Origin: an uncultured Bdellovibrionales bacterium | Lineage (GTDB): Bacteria > Patescibacteriota > Minisyncoccia > Moranbacterales > UBA1568 | Length of the DNA: 58,266 bases | Direction: 5' to 3' | Assembly (NCBI GenBank): GCA_964500505.1 | Contig: CAZCNN010000004.1 | Coordinates: forward strand, 1 to 58,266 | In this document: piece by piece, positions 26,795 to 36,200 of the stretch | Numbering within the stretch: position 1 is the first letter of the stretch | Layout: each line of letters starts with the position of its first letter | The notes under the pieces: model-generated | Seen by the model: the letters and a program-made list of their open reading frames with translations, nothing else | Told to the model about the DNA's origin: nothing | The model's database searches: none | Made by a program: the position numbers and the translations under genes

Positions 26795-27841
26795 ATGGCC
26801 AAGGCAAAGCAGGGGGCAGTCGAAAAGAGAGGTAAGAGCAAAATTGATACCGTGCTCAATGCTATCGAAGAAAAGTATGGTGAGGGGATGATGATGAAGC
26901 TTGGTGATGTGAAGAAGGTAGACGTGGAGGCTATCCCGACGGGATCGGTTTCACTCGACATCGCTCTCGGTATTGGTGGAGTCCCTCGTGGTCGAGTGGT
27001 CGAAATCTATGGACCAGAGTCTTCTGGCAAGACAACTCTCACCCTCCACATCGTAGCCAACGCGCAGAAGCTCGGTGGCGTAGCCGCTTTCGTCGATGCC
27101 GAGCATGCCCTGGATCCGGAGTACGCCAAGCGCATCGGGGTTCAGATCAATGACCTCCTCATTTCTCAGCCAGATACCGGAGAGCAGGCACTCGATATCG
27201 TCGAGACCCTGGTCCGGTCGAACATGGTAGATGTGATTGTGGTCGATTCGGTGGCAGCGCTTGTCCCCAAGGCCGAAATTGAGGGCGAGATGGGTGACCA
27301 GCACGTCGGTCGCCAGGCTCGGCTCATGTCCCAGGCTCTCCGCAAGCTCACGGCTATCATCGCCAACTCCAATACGACCGTCATCTTCATCAACCAGATC
27401 CGTATGAAGATTGGGGTGATGTTTGGGAATCCCGAGACCACGACCGGTGGTCAGGCCCTCAAGTTTTATTCCTCAGTTCGGCTCGAAGTCCGTCGCAGTG
27501 CCCAGATTAAAAAGGGCGAAGAAGTAGTCGGGAACCTGGTCAAAGTAAAAGTGGTCAAGAATAAAGTGGCTGCACCATTCCGAACCGCCGAATTCGATAT
27601 CATGTACAACGAAGGCATCTCTCGGGCTGGGGACCTCCTCGATTCAGGCGTGCGCTATGCCGTCCTCAAGAAGTCTGGGAACTCATTCCTCTATGGTGAG
27701 GTGAAGCTCGGGGCAGGACGGGAAAGCGCCAAGACCTTTCTCAAGGAAAATCCTAAAGTCCAAGATGAACTGGAAGCGGCTATCATCAAGCAGTCCAAGG
27801 AAATATCTGTGGCCCCAGTAGAGAGTGAGGACGCTGCCTAA
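26795..27841 (+). CDS. recA: Recombinase RecA
   Basis: Walker [56 protein letters not shown]. Confidence 0.98.
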   Translation: MAKAKQGAVEKRGKSKIDTVLNAIEEKYGEGMMMKLGDVKKVDVEAIPTGSVSLDIALGIGGVPRGRVVEIYGPESSGKTTLTLHIVANAQKLGGVAAFVDAEHALDPEYAKRIGVQINDLLISQPDTGEQALDIVETLVRSNMVDVIVVDSVAALVPKAEIEGEMGDQHVGRQARLMSQALRKLTAIIANSNTTVIFINQIRMKIGVMFGNPETTTGGQALKFYSSVRLEVRRSAQIKKGEEVVGNLVKVKVVKNKVAAPFRTAEFDIMYNEGISRAGDLLDSGVRYAVLKKSGNSFLYGEVKLGAGRESAKTFLKENPKVQDELEAAIIKQSKEISVAPVESEDAA

Positions 27842-27857
27842 TGAGTATTTTACTGGC

Positions 27858-28610
27858 ATGACATTTCGTGAGCGTTTTGAGGCTATCATCGTCAAACGAG
27901 GGGAGAGTCTCGGTTGGAAGCTCTCACTTCACACCGCATGGGTAAGCCTGTTTATTTTTGGGCTCACCTATGGTTACCTCATGCTGACGGAGCCAGCGAC
28001 TCTCCCGGTGACGGCGAACAAGGCCTCGGCCGACACGGCCATGATCTTGATCGGGCTCTCGTTTGCTCTCTCGGGCTTGTGCTACTTCTGGGACTTCATC
28101 GATACCAAGATCGTCTATCGGAAGTACTTGGGACTCGCTGGGTTTGCGTTCGGTCTGGCGCACGCGGTCATGTCTCTCATCTACTACCTTATACTCAAGC
28201 CGAGAGGCTACGAGCAGAGCCCTATTTATACCCTCGGTCACGAGTGGGACTATGGGGCTTTTGTCATCTCCAACCTCTATGCCTTTGCCCTGGCCGTAGT
28301 AGCGCTCCTCATCTTTGCTATGATGACGGCTATCTCCAACCAGTACGCTATCCACGAGCTTGGAGGCGTGTGGTGGCGGAGACTCCTCCGGGTTGGTTAT
28401 GTGGCCTATATCAGTGCTACGCTTCATTTCCTTATCAAAAACGTTCCTGAGTGGCTCGCGATGTTTGCTACGCCCGAGCCTGAGCTCCCGCCACTCAACT
28501 TCATGATTTTTCTCTTGGTCCTTGGTGTGATCGGTCTCCGTCTCGCTCTCTGGTATTCTCTCCAGAAGAAAGCTCGGACGATGACTCAGACGACATCGGT
28601 CACAGGGTAA
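27858..28610 (+). CDS. Six-TM membrane protein, possibly a ferric-reductase-like/MsrQ-like domain (tentative)
   Basis: Six hydrophobic segments with conserved His in TM helices (FGLAHAVMSLIYY, SATLHFLIKN). The assignment is weak. Confidence 0.5.
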   Translation: MTFRERFEAIIVKRGESLGWKLSLHTAWVSLFIFGLTYGYLMLTEPATLPVTANKASADTAMILIGLSFALSGLCYFWDFIDTKIVYRKYLGLAGFAFGLAHAVMSLIYYLILKPRGYEQSPIYTLGHEWDYGAFVISNLYAFALAVVALLIFAMMTAISNQYAIHELGGVWWRRLLRVGYVAYISATLHFLIKNVPEWLAMFATPEPELPPLNFMIFLLVLGVIGLRLALWYSLQKKARTMTQTTSVTG

Positions 28611-28658
28611 CCTTTCGACATAAGCCGTGTAAACCCTTCGACTACGCTCAGGGTAAAT

Positions 28659-28688
28659 GAAAAAGCGCCACCGTCGATGCGGGGCGCC
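28659..28688 (-). terminator. Terminator of the minus-strand GC-rich gene
   Basis: Minus strand: GGCGC...GCGCC hairpin (28665-28687) followed by TTTTT. Confidence 0.45.
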
Positions 28689-28709
28689 TAGTTTGTTGTC
28701 CGTCGGCTG

Positions 28710-29333
28710 TCAGGCCGTCGGCTGTTGCGTGAAGTGGAGCTGTTCGTGCTCCGCTGTTCGGTGGTGTCGTGACGGAACCGTATGGCCGTTTCGACCGAAC
28801 CCGGCGATGGCAGGTGCATCTTGCCGACTCATGGCATAGAGCTTGACGCCATGTTCCTGCTTGATGTGAGCGCTTCGCCAATCGATGCTCACGAGGGGGA
28901 GCACACCATTCAGCCGATCCTTTGGGATGTGCTGCTTCAAGTATGTTTTCCCCTCAAGCGTCTTGAGCGCTATCTCGCGCAGGCCAATCCCGAGCTTGGC
29001 GCACTTGCCACACGGGAAGTGCGAGAGAGTCAGGACAAAGCTGAGATTCTTTACGGTGAATGCCTCAACGCAGTCTTCAACGATGATGCGTTGCCTTGTT
29101 GCGTCGACATCTCTGCCGAGGAGTACCCCGCCACCATTGAGGCAGATTGGGTGCACATCAACGAAGCCGTTGCATCCCGTGAAGTGAGCCTTGAAGCGGT
29201 CGCGGTCACCGCAGGTGATGAGGACGGCTCCGTTCGGTGCCTTTTCCCTCAATTGATCCCCCCGAATTTCTTGGAGGTATCCAGCCTGAATGAGTGATTC
29301 AGCCAGGACAAAATCACTGTGAATTTCTGACAT
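28710..29333 (-). CDS. Hypothetical protein (207 aa) in a GC-rich patch, with Cys/His motifs
   Basis: ORF at about 60% GC by hand count on two 60-nt lines. Motifs LITCGDRD and LSHFPCGKC. No family recognised with confidence. Confidence 0.5.
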   Translation of the reverse strand: MSEIHSDFVLAESLIQAGYLQEIRGDQLREKAPNGAVLITCGDRDRFKAHFTGCNGFVDVHPICLNGGGVLLGRDVDATRQRIIVEDCVEAFTVKNLSFVLTLSHFPCGKCAKLGIGLREIALKTLEGKTYLKQHIPKDRLNGVLPLVSIDWRSAHIKQEHGVKLYAMSRQDAPAIAGFGRNGHTVPSRHHRTAEHEQLHFTQQPTA

Positions 29334-29514
29334 TACCCATTACCTCGTTCTTTGTTGCGGTAGAAGGAACCAGAGCGGCTTTGCTCTTGCTGGGAAGACT
29401 TTCCTTGGGCCTCGTTGAGACTTCAAGGTCTGCTTGGCAGTAAGACCAACCTGACTAGTATGTAAGAGAGTCAATTTGTGTCAACTCCGCAGAACATGGA
29501 CTTATGGTATACTA

Positions 29515-30801
29515 ATGAGTGCTATGTTCAATATCAAAAATCTTTCGTGGAACCTGCTTTTGGTAGGGGCTTTTGGTGCCTCACTCTTTTTTGCTGTGGC
29601 GCCCATGACTCACGCCGAGGATGACCCGGATGAGATAGAGGAGGATATCGAAAAGACCGAGAAGAAACTCAAAGCGGCCGAGAAGAAGTACGGCATCCTG
29701 GAGAGTAATCTGAACCACATTAGCTCGACTCTTACCTCGACCCAACAAGCCATCCTCCGAGTCCAGAATCTTCTCAATCAGACCTCACAAACAATTGATG
29801 AAAAGGAGATTGAGATCGGTAATTTGGACCAACAGCTGAACCTCGAGAAGAAGGTGCTGACGGGGCTACTTCAAGAGCTCTATCTCGCTGATGCGACGCC
29901 GCTTGTCGAGGTGGTATTGTCTGAGAATGATGTCATGGGCTTTCTCCAAAATGGTGATGGACTCCTCTCGACCCAGGAAAAGATTGTCGAGCTCATCGAC
30001 GAGATAGCCAGCACCAAAGACAAACTCTTGGAAGAAAAGTCGACCCTTGAGGAGGCCAAGGCTGACCATGAAGAGCTCCTCGCAATTCAGAACAAGCAGA
30101 AACAGACCCTGGCCTATCAGAAGAGCGAGGTCCAAGAAGACCTGGAGGATCAGGCGACCACCGTCAACCGCCTCAAGAAAGAACTCTCAGAATTGCAGGG
30201 CGATTTGAGTACCATTCTCGGCAAGTCGTATAACGCCAAGGATATCGAAGAGGCCGTAGATTTTGCCAGCAAGAAAACCGGCGTGCCCAAAGGTTTTCTC
30301 TTTGGGGTACTCAAGATGGAGACCAACCTGGGGGCGAACGTCGGAGGCTGCACCTATGCTCAGGTAGAGGATGGAGCCGAGAAAAGCTACAAGGCCAAAA
30401 AGCTTGGGAAAACCGCCTGGGCGACATTTCTTCGTCGGCGAGATATATTTAAGACGATTACCAAGGAGCTCGATATCGACTATCGCAAACAAAAAGTGTC
30501 TTGTAACCCGAGGGGTTACGTCGGGACGGGGGGAGCGATGGGTGTCGCTCAGTTCATGCCTGATACCTGGGTCGCCTACAAGGCAGCAGTGTCGTCTGCG
30601 ACCGGGCACCGACCACCGAGCCCATGGAATCTGACCGACGGAGTGATGGCTATGGCCCTCAAACTCGACAAAATCCCTGGGGTGGATCAGGGAAATCGCT
30701 CGGCCTGGAAGAAAGCAGCTGCCGCCTACCTCGGAACGAGCTACGCCCCATATATCAACGGTATTCTCTATTGGGCCGACAACTACAAAAAACTGCTGTA
30801 A
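29515..30801 (+). CDS. Secreted coiled-coil protein with a C-terminal MltB-like lytic transglycosylase domain
   Basis: Signal peptide (LLLVGAFGASLFFAVAPMTHA), about 200-aa coiled coil, then GAMGVAQFMPDTW (SLT_2/MltB signature). Alternative start ATG 29524 if TATACT at 29508-29513 is the -10 box. Confidence 0.75.
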   Translation: MSAMFNIKNLSWNLLLVGAFGASLFFAVAPMTHAEDDPDEIEEDIEKTEKKLKAAEKKYGILESNLNHISSTLTSTQQAILRVQNLLNQTSQTIDEKEIEIGNLDQQLNLEKKVLTGLLQELYLADATPLVEVVLSENDVMGFLQNGDGLLSTQEKIVELIDEIASTKDKLLEEKSTLEEAKADHEELLAIQNKQKQTLAYQKSEVQEDLEDQATTVNRLKKELSELQGDLSTILGKSYNAKDIEEAVDFASKKTGVPKGFLFGVLKMETNLGANVGGCTYAQVEDGAEKSYKAKKLGKTAWATFLRRRDIFKTITKELDIDYRKQKVSCNPRGYVGTGGAMGVAQFMPDTWVAYKAAVSSATGHRPPSPWNLTDGVMAMALKLDKIPGVDQGNRSAWKKAAAAYLGTSYAPYINGILYWADNYKKLL

Positions 30802-30819
30802 TCAGCTATTTTTTACTTG

Positions 30820-30934
30820 ACCCCGCACCTTTTCTTGAGAGGAGTAGTCTTCATGTACCGTGCGTGAGCCGATAGGCGACTCCGTCTTACAAATTCACCC
30901 TTACCACCGGTCGTTATGGGAAAAGGTGCGGGGT
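30820..30934. repeat. 115-nt inverted repeat (15-bp perfect arms, 85-nt loop)
   Basis: ACCCCGCACCTTTTC (30820-30834) and GAAAAGGTGCGGGGT (30920-30934). The right arm abuts the -35 box of the next promoter. Confidence 0.6.
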
Positions 30935-30999
30935 TGACAAAAAGGCTGAAAAGTGCTAATTTGCGGGCAACGAGGAAGGAGGGGTAACACCCCTTTTTT
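30934..30999 (+). promoter_or_regulatory. Putative promoter TTGACA-17-TAATTT followed by a hairpin and T6
   Basis: TTGACA at 30934-30939 and TAATTT at 30957-30962. GGGGT-AAC-ACCCC (30981-30993) followed by TTTTTT. Confidence 0.4.
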
Positions 31000-31075
31000 C
31001 AACCTCGCCTAGCCCCGTTAAGCCTGCTAAACAGGCCTTAACAATTCGCAATTCAATTCTACAAGGAGTGCCACC

Positions 31076-33010
31076 ATGGCCTCGGTCATTCGTTCGCTTA
31101 CTGCGGCCCTGGCCGCAGGTTTCTTGGTCCTCCTCGGTGCCTGCAGTGGCGGGGGTGAAACCCCGGAACATGCACAGGCCCAATCGGCTTCACCCGAAGT
31201 CGTCCAGGCCTTGAGTGGCCCGGCCGTCCAGGCCAGCGGTGATCGCGCGAAGATTCTCGCGGTCTCGGCCCCGGTGTCCAAGTCTGGTTTCAGCCTCACC
31301 GCTGATATCAAGTTGGCCGGGACTGTTTCCGCTGAAGAGCGGGCGCAGAAGCAGGCCACCGCGGCAAGTGCTGTGTTGCCTCTGGCCACCAAGGCGGCGA
31401 ACGTCTTGAACTGGGCGGAGGCCCAGGCAGGACTGAAGCAGTACTTCCCGAACCCGCAGGTGTCGCAAGACATTTGCATCGCCGAGGGATGTTTCGTTTA
31501 CCGCTTGTACCCGGAAACGGGGAACATCGTCGGGATCAAGATGGATGGACCAGATGCTGGGGGGATTTACCTCTACGGTCCGTACGTGGGGAACGCCCTC
31601 ACGCGCTACGCCCACGTCGACGACAGCACGTTTCGGTGCATCGCAGATGTCGACAGTTGTCGGCCCAAGGTGGTCAGTACCTCCCCATCGAACGGTGCCG
31701 TCGACGTGTCCGCCAAGGGCACGGCGGTCAACTTCGTCTTCAGCGAGGCCATCAACTGTGCCGGAGTCAACGGCACCGGTGAAGTCGGTTCCGAAGTGAA
31801 GGTGATCGTCACGATCACCTGCCAGCAGGCCAGTCGGACCGTGACCGTCACTCCCAAGGACAATCGGTGGCCCTTTGGCATCGAAGCACGACTCGCTATC
31901 ACCGGCGTCCAGAATCTGGCTGGCTATCCGAGCCTGCCAGTGGAGGTCGCGTTCAAGACCAAACCGGTCCAGGTAACCCCGGCGTTCTACGTTGGTGACC
32001 TTGCGCTCTCGGATGGTTCCAACGCTGTCCATGTGATCAACCCGACAACAGGGGGTATCACTAAGGAGATCGGCTTTCCGTCAGTGCCTGGCTTCGGTCC
32101 GGCGCATCAGATGGTAGTTGACGCCTTGTCTGGTCAGTTACTGGTTATTCCGTGGTCCACAACTCGTTTGTACGGGGTAGATCTTGAGGATCACCAGGTG
32201 GTGGTCACGGACATGACATCACCAAGCATGAGGTATATTACGGAGGGGGCCTTCATCAATGGCCCCAATCTTTGTACCGCTTATCCCTTAAGCATCGTTT
32301 ACGACGCTTCGGGGCATGGAACGCTGAAGTCGAATAACCAGCTCTCGTGCTGGAACCGGACGACCAAGGTCCAGTCAGTTCTGACTGCCAAGAATTCGTT
32401 GGCTGAAGAATCGATGCGGACGCTCAAGATCAACTTGGTCGCAGACCAAGTGTATCTGCTCAATGGTCTTCATACGGCCTATGACAACAGCGACTTCCTC
32501 TGGCTGCCGGGCACACCAGGAGAACTGAGAGTCCTGAACCCGACCACCCTTGCGCTCGAACGCAAGGTCGCGGTCGGGTCCGTACCAGTTGACTTTGCTG
32601 TCCATCCGACGTCGGGAGACGTCTGGGTCCTGAACGGCGGCGATAAGTCGCTTTCGGTGGTCCATCCCAATGGAGCAGTAGAGACGCAGGTGCTTACTGG
32701 GTTCAGTGAGAATCCGTACCAGCGTCCGACCAATATCGTCCTCGATATCGCCAAGAATCATGTCTATATCACAGACGGGTATCAGAACCTTGTCGTGTAC
32801 GACCTGACCACTCGGCGCGAAATGAGACGGATTCCTTTGGGCACCACCTACTCGTCGCCACGGGGGATGGTCATTCGCGGAGACGAGCTCTACGTCGTCA
32901 TCGCGAACAGAGGGAGTGTGATGAAGGTGAACCGCGATACGTTTGCGGTAAGCACCTTCACGACCGGTCTGGGGGTGTACCCTGGGATGCTCTACGGCGT
33001 CGGACTCTGA
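31076..33010 (+). CDS. Lipoprotein with an SbsA/Big_5-like Ig domain and YVTN-type beta-propeller repeats, in a GC-rich patch
   Basis: Lipobox VLLGAC. RPKVVSTSPSNGAVDVSAKGTAVNFVFSEAI is Ig-like. Repeated segments VGSVPVDFAVHPTSGDVWVLNGGDKSLSVV and PTNIVLDIAKNHVYITDGYQNLVVYDL. AAGGAG lies 7 nt before the ATG. About 63% GC on two sampled lines. Confidence 0.8.
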   Translation: MASVIRSLTAALAAGFLVLLGACSGGGETPEHAQAQSASPEVVQALSGPAVQASGDRAKILAVSAPVSKSGFSLTADIKLAGTVSAEERAQKQATAASAVLPLATKAANVLNWAEAQAGLKQYFPNPQVSQDICIAEGCFVYRLYPETGNIVGIKMDGPDAGGIYLYGPYVGNALTRYAHVDDSTFRCIADVDSCRPKVVSTSPSNGAVDVSAKGTAVNFVFSEAINCAGVNGTGEVGSEVKVIVTITCQQASRTVTVTPKDNRWPFGIEARLAITGVQNLAGYPSLPVEVAFKTKPVQVTPAFYVGDLALSDGSNAVHVINPTTGGITKEIGFPSVPGFGPAHQMVVDALSGQLLVIPWSTTRLYGVDLEDHQVVVTDMTSPSMRYITEGAFINGPNLCTAYPLSIVYDASGHGTLKSNNQLSCWNRTTKVQSVLTAKNSLAEESMRTLKINLVADQVYLLNGLHTAYDNSDFLWLPGTPGELRVLNPTTLALERKVAVGSVPVDFAVHPTSGDVWVLNGGDKSLSVVHPNGAVETQVLTGFSENPYQRPTNIVLDIAKNHVYITDGYQNLVVYDLTTRREMRRIPLGTTYSSPRGMVIRGDELYVVIANRGSVMKVNRDTFAVSTFTTGLGVYPGMLYGVGL

Positions 33011-33025
33011 GGTCAAGCTGGGCAT

Positions 33026-33070
33026 AGCCCATGCTGAGGTGAATAACCTCGGTGTGGGCTTTTTTTCTTT
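33026..33070 (+). terminator. Strong terminator (15-bp stem)
   Basis: AGCCCATGCTGAGGT-GAATA-ACCTCGGTGTGGGCT followed by TTTTTTTCTTTT. Confidence 0.8.
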
Positions 33071-33082
33071 TCATACTTTTTG

Positions 33083-33117
33083 TGGTATAGTGTCATCAAG
33101 CAGAGTCTCTGCTTTTC
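33083..33117 (+). promoter_or_regulatory. Extended -10 (TGGTATAGT) followed by the hairpin AGCAGA-GTC-TCTGCT and TTTC
   Basis: TATAGT at 33086-33091 and hairpin at 33099-33113. Confidence 0.35.
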
Positions 33118-33220
33118 AAGTGATACTAAAATAATAGGTGAGTACTCCGATTTTATCGGCGTTCGCTTGGAAACGAAAACGAATTTTCGTTTCACTCGCT
33201 TCACTTAATAATAAAAAACT

Positions 33221-36200
33221 ATGAGCGTGTCTCGATGGTCGTTGGGGATATTTTTGATAAGTACCCTTTTCTTTTTTGGGGTAACAGTTGTGCGGGCGGA
33301 TGAGGAGATGGTGACCACTCCTTTTGACGGTGCGGACCTGAGCTATGCCTCACTCTCAGTGGTGGATACTCGACTTGACTCTGTCGAGGGGAATCCAAAC
33401 CTGGTGCTCTCAGCGAAATTACAGAATACCGGGAGCGATACACGGACCTTTCGGGCCAGTGTCGAATTTCGAGGCCGTGCCGAGTCGAACAAAGATGACC
33501 TGGCGCGAGTGTATGGACTTGAGACGTATACTATTCCTGCCCAAGGAGAACAGAACATCGCATTTTCTGTTGAGCGATCGCGAGCGCTCTCAGGTGCGTA
33601 TGGCACTTATCTCGTCATTGGTGATGAAAAGGGGAATATCGTATCACAGACCAGTCTCGGGGAGAAGCGTTTTGATGCCACGGAAAAGGTAGTAGTGGAA
33701 CGTTGCGCCTTCGGTCCAAGTGATGGAGACAATGGCGTTATCCTGCCTGCCGAAAGTCAGCATGCAGAAATCATGGTGTCTTGTGATGTTTCAGTGAAAA
33801 ATGGCAGTCTCGAGAATGCAACTCTCGTGAACCGAGCTATTGACTCGAGGACGGCTCTCCCTGTGGTGCTGAGTGACAAGGCTATCACGCTATCTTCGGT
33901 GGCAGTACCAGTGCGGTACACGGTACCAGTCTCAGTAGAACCGGGACAGTATCAGTTGGAGGTGGTTGTGGTCAATGCACGGGGTGAGGAGGTGAGTATC
34001 CCAGCTCGGACCTCTCTCCGCGTATATGGGAATGGCGGAAAGATATTAGGCTTGAGCGAACTGAAAAGAGAGGGTACTCAGTCAGTAGCACTTACCGTTG
34101 GAGCAGCGGTCGAGCTCGCTGATGGTGCGGAGTATACCCTGTCATACGCTCTCCTCTCGGGCGGAGTAGCCTGTGGTGAGCCAGTCTCGGTCATGGTCCA
34201 GAATACCAACCTCAAAGAGGCTGTACTCCAAGTAACCAAGAATTGTGACGCGCCAGTCCTCTCGGCAACCCTCCTCTCGGACGGGAGTACGGTGCTCGAC
34301 CAGGCTGAGAAGTCCATCAGTCCCGTAACTGGTATGTCTACATCTATGGTGAAAACCGCGTTCTCTGATGGTATCTTGACCCGGCTCCCTTGGATAATCG
34401 TCGCTGTCCTCGGGATGTTCGCTGGTTACTTTATTTGGCAGAAGGAGCGACTCCGTCGGATGACGCCAGTATGGGCACTGGCCCTCGTCTCAGTATTCTT
34501 CGGATACTCTGTGGATCGGGTGCAAGCTGCAGGGACAGGGTTTACACTCCTCTGTGATGGAGCAGTTCAGACTTGTCCTTTTGATGCGACTGTAGACTAT
34601 GGTTTTTGGACTGACAAGGATGTGTATACGCCTGGTGAAACAGTGAGGATCACTATGAGTATTGCGAGTGAAGATCATCCAGTACCGACAAACAATCTTT
34701 GTCCCGATGTTCGGATGCGTATTAATAACGGGAACAATAGTTCAGACTTGGTATCTAGTTGCTATTCTGCGAATCAGTTTACGGCAGGTCTTGAACTGAA
34801 TCTGACCCAGACCGCCCCGATGACGACAGGAGTTTTCACTATTGGAGTGACGGTAGGACAGAACGGCTATACTTCACCTGCACCACGAACTATGTCAGGT
34901 CTCAGTGTCGCGGTAGCACCAACCCCGACGGCTTCACTCAATATTTCGCCAACGACTGCGGACTTTCCAACTGTTATAACCTACACACTCTCGTCGACGA
35001 ATGCGCAAAGTTGTGAAGTAGTCCAGATATCCCCTACGACACAGACATTTGTTGATAAAAGTACCAATACCACAGGGACCACTATCCAAAGCCAGGTAGC
35101 GGTAGGGTCATACCAGTTCCAGACCCGTTGTTGGTCGGGTACCAATGGGACAGGTAATGTAAGCTCGACTGATACAGATAGTCTCACGATCAATACACCG
35201 CCAGCTCAGCCAACGGCCACTTTTACAAGTCTTCCGGCCTGTTCTATCGATGATGGACGATCAGGTTGCAATACGACACTTTACTGGACATCATCCAATG
35301 TGACGACGGTAGTACTTACTAACTGTGCAGATGTCCTATTGACTTCTACCGGTTCTGGTCCGCGTTCATACTCACCAGTGTATGTACCCTATAATAGTGG
35401 TTGTTATCGGTTGCATGATGGGACGCGAACCGGACCAATTCTCGCGCAAGGGAATGCGAGTGCGACCTGCTCTGGTCAGCCTTGGCAGGCCAGTACTGGG
35501 ACCTGCGGCAATGTAAATGCTATCTGTGGTACGGCTGATGGGACTTTGGTCCCGGGGGGTATCTTTGATTTGTCAGTATATCCACAAATATGCCAGGCAG
35601 GAGATCCTGGGAGTCCAGACAGTTACCTGTCGACCGATACGATTAGCAATGACAAGAAGACATTTAGCACGGGAAGCTCCAATGCCTTTTTTCTGGGAAC
35701 AGTCTGGCGGTGCGCCGGACTCGGGAATGGATACCATCAGTACTGTCGATTGTATCGAGAACCACTGTGTGGGAGCGCTACTGGAGGATCATATTCTAGT
35801 CCGCCTACAGATCCAACCTCTGGACTAAAGCAGGGGTTGTGCCAAGTAGGGACACCGACAACCGTCCAGACAAATTCGAATACCTATACTTGGCAGTGCG
35901 ATAACCCTGGATCATCACCAGTCAGTTGCTCTGCGACGAGAACTGGCGGTGCAACTGCTCAGATCACGGCGCGAGTTGTGGTGGCCTCAAATGAGACAAG
36001 CTGGTGGAAGAAATTTATTTCGTTTGTTACTGGTCGTGATCATACTGCGCAAGCAACTGGACCAGATGCTAATATTACGACCAACGGGACAGCGGCTATT
36101 GATTGGACATCGAGCGGTACTCCCGATTGTACAATCTCCAGCCCAACTGGCCCCGGTCCATTTACCGGAACTACTGGATCACGAAATTTGTCAGGGGCAA

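Noticed and set aside
31190-33025. Minus-strand ORFs of 280 and 216 aa inside the GC-rich lipoprotein gene
   Set aside because: High GC suppresses stop codons in all frames. The plus-strand frame has a lipobox, a ribosome-binding site and domain repeats.
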